Assembly: GCA_028534125.1 (NCBI GenBank) | Contig: CM052817.1 | Span: 59,212,001-59,276,000 of the forward strand | Direction of reading: 5' to 3' | DNA length: 64,000 nt | From: Lama glama | Lineage: Eukaryota | In this document: positions 54,350 through 64,000 of the stretch, in pieces | How positions within the stretch are numbered: the first letter of the stretch is position 1 | How the letters are laid out: every line of letters begins with the position of its first letter | Notes under the pieces: model-generated | What the model was told of the DNA's origin: nothing | Database searches by the model: none | The model's input: only the letters and a program-made list of their open reading frames with translations | Made by a program: the position numbers and the translations under genes

Positions 54350-56135
54350 GATTTTTTTCTATATTTGTAACTTTTTATTTTGAAATAATTTTAGACTTCC
54401 AGCAGAGTTGCAAAAGTAGCACATAGAGCTCCTGAACATCTTTTCAACTAACTTCATCCCAATGTCACATGTTATATAACATCTTAAATAATTATTAAAA
54501 TTAAGTTAAAATTGGAACAATATTCTTAACTATGGACTTCATTAGAATTTCTTCAGTTTTTCCATTAATATCCTTTCCCCCCAGCCCAGTATTCACTCAA
54601 GGATACGTATTCTATTTAGCTCTATCTCCTTAGTCATTTCCAATCTGTGACAGTTCCTCAGTCTTTGTCTTGGAAGACACTGACTTTTTTTTAAGAGTAT
54701 TGATCATATATTTTGAAGAATGTTGCACAATATGTGTTTGTCTGAAGTCTTCTCATGATTAAACTGATGTTGTGGATTTGGGGGGAAATATTGCAAAAGT
54801 GAAATATCTTTTTCCAAGCATCGTATCATTGGATACACAATGTCCATATGTCTCATTATGATGATGCTAATTTTGATCACTTGGCTAAGGTGGTGGCTGC
54901 AAGATTTCCCCATTTGAAAGTTATTTATGTTTTTATCCTTTCAAATTCTATTCATTAGAAATGAGTCAAAAGTTCCAGCCATTATTTAAGAGGAAGGGAA
55001 TTACGTTTAAATTGTAGCATTTGTGAACATACATTATACTCTGGTGGTTTTAACTAGAGGGTTAATAATACTTGTAAAATCTTAAATACCTAATAATTCT
55101 ACTATTAGAATCACTAGTCAATTCACCTTTCCTATAGTAATTAGCATTGTCATGTTCTAAAAGCCATTTTCTATGTCCCTTATTCCTTCTACATTAGTTG
55201 GAATTATTTTGTAAGGAAGAGGTGTCTCTTCTTCATTATGTATTATTTATCTACAGCAGAAAGGACTCAGGCATATTTATTTTACTGTTGAGATTATAAT
55301 CATATACCTGTTTGTTACTGCTTTGTTTCACAAAAATTGTTCCAAATTGAAGCTCTTTCAGGTTGGCTCCTGTACCCTTTTGGCAAGTTCTCATTAAAGC
55401 CCTGTTTTATTTTTGTCACCAAAAGGTGTTCCAGGCTCATTTTGTATTTTCCCTGCTCCAGTTCTAGAATCAGCCAAGGAGTTCCGACTCCTTTTATTTC
55501 AAAAAGGTATTTAGAATACCCTTTCTGAGTGCTAGGTGTGTGTGCTGTTGCTGTGATATCCCTTCAATGCCCCCTTAGTGGGCAGAACTGGGAAATGTAT
55601 GTTTGAATGCTAACACATAGACACAGATATATGTATATACCTATCTGGCTATTGGTATGTATGTGTATTGTAGTATTCATGTGTGTATATATAGTATACA
55701 TATTCATATCAATATCTCAGACCCCAGTTTGGTACCAAATAGCTCCTTCTAGCATTTTCACTGTATTTGTAACTTTTTCTCTGAAAGTGAGAAATCGGAC
55801 CTTCATTATCTATGTTTACTTATACAGTTGACTCTTGAACAACACAAAGGTTAAGGGCACTGACTCCTCCCCCATGCCCCTCCGTTGAAAATCTGAATAT
55901 AACTGTATAGTCAGCTCTCCTTATCTTCAGTTCCACATTTGTGGATTCAACCAACCTTGAATCCTGTAGTACTATATTATAATTAGGTAAAAAAAATCCA
56001 CATATAATTGGGCCTGTGCAGTTCAAACACATGTTGTTCAAGGGCCAACTGTATGTTAAAACCTACTTACATAAGTAGTTTCACAATTGCTAATATCTAC
56101 CATTGTGAGATACAAATTTACCAACCAGAGTAGAA
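54350..56135 (-). mobile_element. L1MC4-like 3' region, interrupted by MER8
   Basis: TTTTTATTTTGAAATAATTTTAGACTT...GTTGCAAAAGTAG; TGTTCCAGGCTCATTTTGTATTTTCCCTGCTCCAG. Confidence 0.75.
55825..56051 (+). mobile_element. MER8-like Tigger MITE
   Basis: TIRs CAGTTGACTCTTGAACAACA / TGTTGTTCAAGGGCCAACTG, with TA on both flanks. Confidence 0.9.
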
Positions 56136-56704
56136 CACAAAATCCATAGGATTTTGACTGTATGTGAGGAATGAATATCCTAGGTCCCTTATTTGAATGA
56201 TTGGTAACATGGTGATGCCATTAAGTGAATGGAGAATTCATTGGAGGTAAAACAATGATATAAGATGAAATTAATTTTGGACATATTTAGTTGAAATGGC
56301 TACAGTTCACCTAAACAGTTATGTTCTAAAAGGCATTTGGAAATATAGGACCAAGGTCCAGACAACAATCTCCACTAAAAGTATCTCAGAGTTCTAGTTG
56401 TGTTTAAGATACCAAAATATACTATATAAAGTTAGAAGATAAAAGGATTAATAAGAGAATCCTATGGAAACAAACATGTATGCTCTGTGAAGAAGATTTA
56501 CTGATTCCAACATAGGGGTAATAATTGCATCTCCTGAAATATACAATAAAGGTTTATGACATAATCTATGCAAAAACATACTTCAGAAATACTCAGTACA
56601 TATTTCCTAATACATACATGTAATAAGCTACACTTGGAATAACTGTCCATGAATATAGATTTATGCATCAACTGCTTATATTTTCTAATATATTTAAATA
56701 TTTA

Positions 56705-57166
56705 AGTTATATTAATTTGTAGTACTACTATCACAAATGAATAAAACTTAGTAAATTCGTGTTGATTTAAACCACTGTCTAACAGTTCTGGAGAGCAAAA
56801 GTCTGAAATGGATTGGCAGGGACACATTATTTCTGGAAGCTCTAGGGAATTTCCCATTCCCTTGCCGTTTCCAGCTTCTAGAATCTGCCCACATTTCTTG
56901 ATTTGTGGTCCAGCATCACTCCAGCCTTTGCTTCCATTGTCACACCTTTTTCTGATTATGACACTCATGCCTCCCTCTTATAAGGACCCTTGTAATTACA
57001 TCAGACCCACTTGTATAATCAGAATAATCTCCCATTTTAAGACCTTTAATTTATCAGCATCTGCTGATCAGAATCTCTTTGGCTCTGTAAGATTACATAT
57101 TCAGAGGTTTCGGGGATGAGAACATGAACAGTTGTGGGTGGGTGGGGGCATCATGCTGCCTACCAC
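56705..57166 (-). mobile_element. MLT1B/C/D-type MaLR LTR
   Basis: CAGTTCTGGAGAGCAAAAGTCTGAAAT...TTCCAGCTTCTAGA...TATAAGGACCCTTGTAATTACAT...CTGCCTACCACA. Confidence 0.85.
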
Positions 57167-57189
57167 AAGGGCACTGGAGTTTGTAACAT

Positions 57190-57620
57190 AAATTAGCTGA
57201 AGTCACGTTAGCTGCTGTAACAAAACTCCAAAGTCTCAATGGCTTCACACAAAAGAAATGCATTTCTTATTCCTATGAACATAGGAAAACTTATTCTCAT
57301 GAAGCACAAAATAGATGTTTCTAATGGGCAGACAATTTTCCAGCAAGCAGTAATTCAGTGACACAGGTTCCTTCTCTATCATGGCTCCATCTTCTTCAAA
57401 AGGATATTTTCAAGTTCACCAGGAAAGAAGGGCAATGTAGGAAACACCAACAGCCTGGGAAGGTTTTAGTGGGCCAGGTAGTGACATGGTGCCTATCACC
57501 TCTGCCCGTGTTCCAAAGGCCAGAACTCAGTCACATGCCTATATGTAATTGTAAGGCTAGGAAATTTAGACTAGATTTGTATCCAGCCGCAAGAAACATT
57601 AAGCATGGTAAACAGATATA
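57190..57620 (-). mobile_element. Ancient MaLR LTR (MLT1J/K/L-like)
   Basis: TAGCTGCTGTAACAAAACTCCAAAGTCTCAATGGCTT...GGCCAGAACTCAGTCACATG...GGCTAGGAAATTTAG. Confidence 0.65.
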
Positions 57621-60049
57621 AACAGATATCTGGTTTCTACGAGTCAACAGAATTATAGACAAAAGAACACTTCAGCATCTTTTAAATGAATACTAGTTCA
57701 ACCATTCAGTAAAAAGATTAACAGAAAATAAAGTGAACTAATTCAAATTGCAGTTATGAGATGTAGCAGTTGGCTTAAGGATAAGGTCAATATCTCTCAA
57801 ATCACCATAGGATATATGATATTTTTCTATTTATTGTTAACTTCTAACTGGCATAATCCTACCCAGCTGGCATAATCTTTCACAGTAATTCAGTCCCTGA
57901 TGAAGAAAGTCAGTTTTATTTTGGGGGAAAAAAAAGAGGTTTTATAGAATCTAAGCTTAAAGAAATAATACTTTCAAAAATATTCTATTACTGTTTACAT
58001 TTAGGATGAAAATTAACATTCTTATTTAATACAGAGAACCAGCTACCCATTTAATGCAACTACATACTTAGTGAAGAGATAATTAGAATTATTCTTTGTC
58101 TCAGAAGGAATCATTTGTTTCTATTTATAGTCACCAAATGGGCTAAAATTAACATTCATTTGTAATCTAAGCTAGGAAATTTTTCTGTCACCATGGAAAT
58201 CCATGATGATTAGTCTCTTGACTAATATTCGAATAATCGAAGACTATTTTTCTATTTATATTATTTCTGCACCAGCAATGCATCAAGGAGATATCTTATG
58301 GCTCATAGAACAATGGTCATCCTATCCCTAATAATTTTCTGGGGCCCTCTGTAAATCATTTCCAGGAGAGAAAGCACTCGACTGCCTTTGACAATTGTGT
58401 CTCTATTATTCAGGACCATGGGACTAAATCTAAACAACTATCATGACATATTGTTTTGATGTCAGCCCTGTATATATGTTCTTGGAATTTTCAAGATTTG
58501 CAGAGCTTTAAATGCAAGAGAAGAGCATTTTGTAATCAGGCAGAATTAGTATACTGTAGTCATATATTAAAAAATGTGTGAAATAAATGTGTATGACACT
58601 GTTCTTTCCCTTGCTAATTCAGCAACATCTGATCATTTATTTAAAAGAAAACCAAGAAATCAACCTCAGTAGCATGGAATGGATTGATTTGATATTTAAA
58701 TGCATTATGGAATGATACTAACCCAATTATATGGAACAGTTTAAAAGAGAAAAATGACAGCTAGAATTGCCACAACATGTGGAAAATGAGACTCTTTTTA
58801 AAGGGTTATTTCTCTTTGTGATGAATAGTCAAAAGAAAAAAAGGAAAGAACTTAAACCTGAAATGATCATATAAAAGTATGAGTTTTTACCTTCCTCTGG
58901 TTTTGTGAAAGAATCTGGAAGAACTGATATGAAAATCATGCCACTTTAGTAATGTTTTCTTATTTTAAGCATTGCTCCACGATTTTCCTTCTCAAACTTG
59001 CTTCTCACTAATTTATATGCACAATTTTTCTGATAGAGCATTTGTTGTTTTCATTATACATGGTGCTATATAATAGTAAATATTTTCTTTCCTAATGTGT
59101 CACTGTAGGTCAGTTTAAAGTCACTATATTCAAAATATGAAATTTACTGGGCAATGTCTTTTATTCTAAATTGGTAAAATGTTCCATGACATGTGTCAAA
59201 TTTATATTAAAACAAAGAAAATGAAGCCAAAAAGGCAATTCTGACATTGCATTTTGAAACTGGGTTTAGTGCCCTTCATCAGCAGTGACAAGCATTCTAG
59301 CAACAATTAAGGCCTTGCTTTTCACTGTGAGGCAAGGCATGTAGAGGGAGCATCACTTTCAAACTGTTAAATTTTTAGAAATCATTTAGAAAGAGTACAA
59401 TCATTCAAAAGAAAGAAACAACAAAGATGTAGGTTTTTCACCAACAAAGTTGCAGCCTCAATAAACTCAGAATTTAGCACTCCACACTGGAAATGAAGAA
59501 ACCAACTTAGATAAATTTCTACACATGGCCAAAATCTATTTTCTGATGTCGTGTACTAGTCTTCAATTGCGCTGTTAGGAACATCCCAAGACGGAAAATT
59601 CTGATGTGGGTGTCAATTAACTGATACAAAATGGAAAGAGTTGTTCTGGGATTTAAGGACTCTTAAATTAGAAGATGCAGGTTATACGATATAGGCGTGG
59701 TAAACCTCAATAACAATAAGGAATACTCACGAAATTCTATGCAAGGATTTGCTTGGCTGATATGCCTGCTCTCTCTTTAGACTATGAATGCTGCTTGTCA
59801 GGTTTACGCACGTAGTTCAGCAATCCGTCCTTCATATATGGCATGACTCTACCTGGGTGGAAAAAGTTGTTCTACCACTTACAGTGTGACCTTAGGCAGA
59901 TTGCTTTAACCTCTTTCGTCTAATAATCCATATAAAATCCCAACTATCACCCCTGACATGTAGTAGTTATTCAAGAAACATACATTATTATCCTATACTC
60001 CTGTGCTGGATGCTACTATGCTTATTCATTTTCTATCAAAATTGGCTGA

Positions 60050-63000
60050 GGAAGTGAGTACCATGAAGCATTCACATGTAAAACTTGGTTGACAACCGTA
60101 TTCCATACCCACCGTATACCAGCAGCTCTGTCTTCTCATGATGGTCAGGATCAATTATATTTACTAAGGAGTGACTTCTCTCCTTGCCTGCTAGCCCCTT
60201 GATGCAAGAATCCCATCGTGAGCAAACAGCAGAGGTACATTATAATGTAATCACACGCTCACTGTAAGCCCTGGCAGAATTACACCCACTACAGAATCAG
60301 GTCTCTAACCCCACAGAGATTGCAACTGTGGGAATGGGAAGTGAAAATTCCAAGTCAGTATCCAGGGCTGATAGGAAGTGAACTCCTTGTACTTCTGCCC
60401 CTTGGTTCCTAGATTTATGCACTCTTCTCACTAGGGAAATGCTGCCAACAAGAGACTGAACATGAACGATGCATCAGGGAGGACAGCGCTCCGTCCTGTG
60501 AAGTTATCACTACTGGGCTGTCACCACAGATGTGCCTTCAGCAGGACGTTCCTATACTAACATAGACCATACCCAGAATATGTATTATTCTTAGAATGAA
60601 TCACTGATCCTTCCAAGACAGAAGGAGTCAATCTTGTTTACTTGCCCCTAGTGGCTGGCTTGTTTCCTTGAAAAATGGTGCCATATTGGAGACTCAGCAG
60701 TGATCTACCTCTGCTGTTGACAGGTTGAACATTCAGTACTGGTAGTAGATACGTCAGTTTCTGTCCATGCATAGCCTCCATCCCTGCCACTGTGACTGAT
60801 TAGTTCATGTGCCCATCATGTCAACTTGGATGTCTGATGACAAAGACTGGCTGAGGGCAACTGCTGGACTTCTTGTTAAATATCTCTTTAATGAGGGATG
60901 CTATCCTTCAGTCCTTATCGTGTTATTATAAGACCTTCATACCTTGTTTCCACTACTAAATATACACCCACATCTTTTTATTACAGGCCTCAATCTTTCA
61001 GCATTTCTCCTTCCAGGCCTCTGACTACCAGCAAAGTGATTTTTCCATTGCTCGTGTGTCTGTATGTATTGTAACCTCAAGCCATTTCTCTTACCACATG
61101 AAATGAATGACCAAATGCACTGCATGAAGTTCTGCTCATTTTCCTTTTACATTGTCTTTCAAGGCTACTCCTGAGTTGAGTTAGACGGCATTAATCATTT
61201 TCAGCTTGAACTTATGTACACAGCCAATTTACAGGTCACAGGGTAAGTAGTAGCTAAGTAATGGTGCAACATTTGCTATGACTTGGCAGTTGGGCTTACC
61301 CACCCATGCATATTGCTTTTGCTCTTTTGGCTTTTTGATGCTCCATACTGGATATAGAGGTTAGATTTTACAACAGGCTGTTTCTGAACCCACCCAACCT
61401 ATGACTTGGTAGATTTGAGAGAGTTCATTTCATGATGGACAGTTGTAGCACTACAGTCACTTAGCCCAGAAATACACCAAGATGGTATGACTTTTCTACC
61501 AAACCCCAGTTTCTGCAGTGCATCTCCCCATTAGAACTTGTCAAATTCTCACAAAGCATCTTTTCCCACCATTGACAGCCTGTATCTGCCACAGTGCTTT
61601 AACTCTGAGCTCCACTTAATGCTGGAGCCTTTGCATCACGCAGTATATGTTTTAGAACAATTTTTCCAGCTGTGGAATATGCTGCCTTAAAACCCCAAAG
61701 AGGACCTCCCCATATCATGCTTTCTTCTTCATGGTGGAAAGGGCAAGATGAAAAATTTGTTTTGTTTTACTTCAGATGGAATATCCTGACAGGCCACCAG
61801 CTGGACTCCTAAATATTTTTCAGAAGTGACAAGCCCCAGAAACTTCCTAGACTTTAACTCCCAGTGTTAGGAGCATATATATGTTACCAAGACCTCCAAT
61901 ATGTTAGTCATCTATATGTGAGCAATTCGACTTTGCTCATCTGGACTAACATGAAATTATGGTATGTGATGTGCTGCGGATAGAGAATTTCATATCAATT
62001 TGTACTATATTATGTTTCAGGGTTGGGGAGTTAAGATATCAAATCAGTGTCAACATACTAGGTACCAAGGTTGTGTTAATCTGCCAGCATTATAGATGTA
62101 ATTAAGGCCAGTTGTTAGTAATTAAGGCTTGAGTTACTTGAGCTTGAGGTAGTCTACTGTCTCTAGTATCCATCACTTTTATGCAGGGTCAAACTGATAT
62201 AATTTAGTGGGAAAATGATGGGGTACCAGCAGCCATGCGTCTGTTAAATATTTAAATATGACATTAACTTCCAAACTTCCCAGCATGTGATATTCCTCCT
62301 GTTTTACTATCTCCTAGAGGGAGGGGAAGTTTCAGAGGCTTCCACTTTGTTTTTCTCATTATTCTTTTTAACACATATACCAAGAACCTAATGTGGGGTT
62401 TTACTAAATACCATTCATGTTTATTCTGATTATATATTCAAAGACCAGAGAAGTAACCATCATGCAGATCCACAGACTAGATCCATTTAACTATCTGGCC
62501 CCCACATGGCCCCACCCACTGAGGGAGCCACAAGATTGCTTCGAGTTTCTGGGGGTCAATGTCAGCCTGAACTCTGTTTCCAACAATCCTCACAATATGT
62601 TCTGCTAGTATATATACAGTTGCCAGAGCAAATCACCACAAGTTTCTTTGGAGAAAAACTAGAATATTCATCACCATTATAGTAACTAACCATGGAGAAA
62701 GGATCCAAGAGTCAATGGATTCTAAACTGGCTCAGGTCTACAAACTGAAAAGGATTGTTTTGTGACTTTTTATTGAGGCAACTTGGTTTCTTTTGAGGGT
62801 AAAAATTAAGCCATACTCTTTTCAGCTGCTCATGTTTCTTTGTTGTTGTTTTGACTAATTCTATTAAGCTGCTGATGTACTGCATCTTCGAGACTTCTGC
62901 ATGGACAAGTGTTATATACGTGTATTTTTCACTCAGTTCTCTTTTCTACAGGGACTCTGTTGGAATCTTCACAGCCAGGGTGGTAACAGAATTTCTCTCT

Positions 63001-63230
63001 TCCATTTTACAGACACTGTGGATAAAATGACCTACTCCCAGTTGCTATGTTCTCATCAATCTAGTCTCACGGTTAACACTGACCTTATACTATTATTTTC
63101 CTTAGTCTATCATGCCAATCAATTCTTACTATAATCTACAATCAGCTTTCTATGATTGATGGATGTGTTGGTTTGCTGTCTATATATCCTGGACACAGCG
63201 TTTCTGGTGTTTCTATAATCTGGAAGGAAA
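60050..63230 (-). mobile_element. Decayed ERV-L internal region (gag/pro/pol remnants)
   Basis: Minus-strand translations resemble ERV-L Pol: TSEKYLGVQLVACQDIPSEVK (~61765-61830; cf. TSVKFLGVQWCGACRDIPSKVK), LFGVLRQHIPQL (~61665-61705), KWKPLKLPLP (~62318-62348), and a protease-like GLLETEFRLTLTP (~62550-62590; cf. GLLDTGSELTLIP). Many stops and frameshifts; ends approximate. Confidence 0.8.
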
Positions 63231-64000
63231 AGAAATTTCTAGGCATTTAAGCTGTAATTGTGGAAAGAGCTCCACTTTGCCTCTGCATTATATCAAAATT
63301 CTTTTGTAGTTATTTTCATAGAACTTTTAAATAATGATTTTATCTTTGCAGTGTTTTATCAATGTATTAATTTACTTGACATCCTTAATAAGCATTTAGT
63401 TGTCTCCCCCCAAATTCCATGATCTAGAAATAACCCATTATTTCTCAAGTATGTTTAGCTAAAACTGTTAGCTATATGTCCTCAGCAAATGCTTCTTATG
63501 ATTAAGTATACATACCCACCTATATATGTGTACACAGATATACTTATAAATATTTATATATAATATTTTACATATTATATATATTTTTTTCTATTAGAAG
63601 TTTGACTTACAATACCTAACACACTAGAAGCTTGATCTGGACCTTAATAAGACCATTAGCAATCACAATGTATTTGATCCTAAGAAGAAATTTACAAATT
63701 TACTTTAACCTGAGTGTTTAACGCTGCAAGATACAGAGAAAATAGATACAAAACCATGTGCACAAGGAAAACAGACTTTTTATTTGATCTAATTCCTCAT
63801 GGGTGTTCAAGTAGAAAATGAATAAAAGCATTTAATTATTTAAAATGGAATAACATATTAGAAACTCCTCAAAATACGTCTCACACGCAGATGGTAAGGC
63901 AGTTACCAATACTGTCCCACTAATTCTCACAGAATCTTCATTCATGTACAACGCCTTAAATAAAAGCAAGTGAAATTCAATCGGTAGTAATAATTTTCTG

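Noticed and set aside
1..64000. Inferring a host gene's orientation from repeat strand bias
   Set aside because: Large L1s are mostly + while MaLR LTRs, ERV-L and several old L1s are -, so the signals conflict and counts are small.
1..64000. CRISPR arrays, tRNA/rRNA genes, operon-like or novel multi-gene systems
   Set aside because: No repeat-spacer arrays or recognisable RNA genes. Short ORFs are explained by L1 fragments, antisense repeat frames or low complexity.

Overview
Mammalian, AT-rich and very repeat-dense genomic DNA with a 500-N gap. It is probably camelid, judged from my recollection of the young L1 3' ends and the absence of recognisable Bov-A/BovB, PRE1, CHR or CAN SINEs. No intact protein-coding gene is supportable. 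The only gene-derived sequence is a full-length, decayed processed pseudogene of the cytoskeletal TPM3 isoform (Tpm3.1; about 4204-6298, + strand) inserted into an L1 ORF2. The rest is a stack of LINE-1 copies of several ages, several nested with visible target-site duplications (TSDs), plus ancient L2, MIR, MLT1/ERVL LTRs, an ERVL internal region and hAT/Tigger MITEs. I found no evidence of a new biological system. The most unusual signals are mechanistic: a 5'-intact, tail-less L1 that stops inside the RT domain yet has a perfect 18-bp TSD; an L1 whose 5'UTR is fused directly to RT; a perfect 62-bp local templated insertion; a young L1 with YADD rather than FADD; and several short palindromic scars. 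Repeat subfamily names come from memory of consensus sequences and need RepeatMasker/Dfam confirmation. Boundaries of old repeats are approximate.
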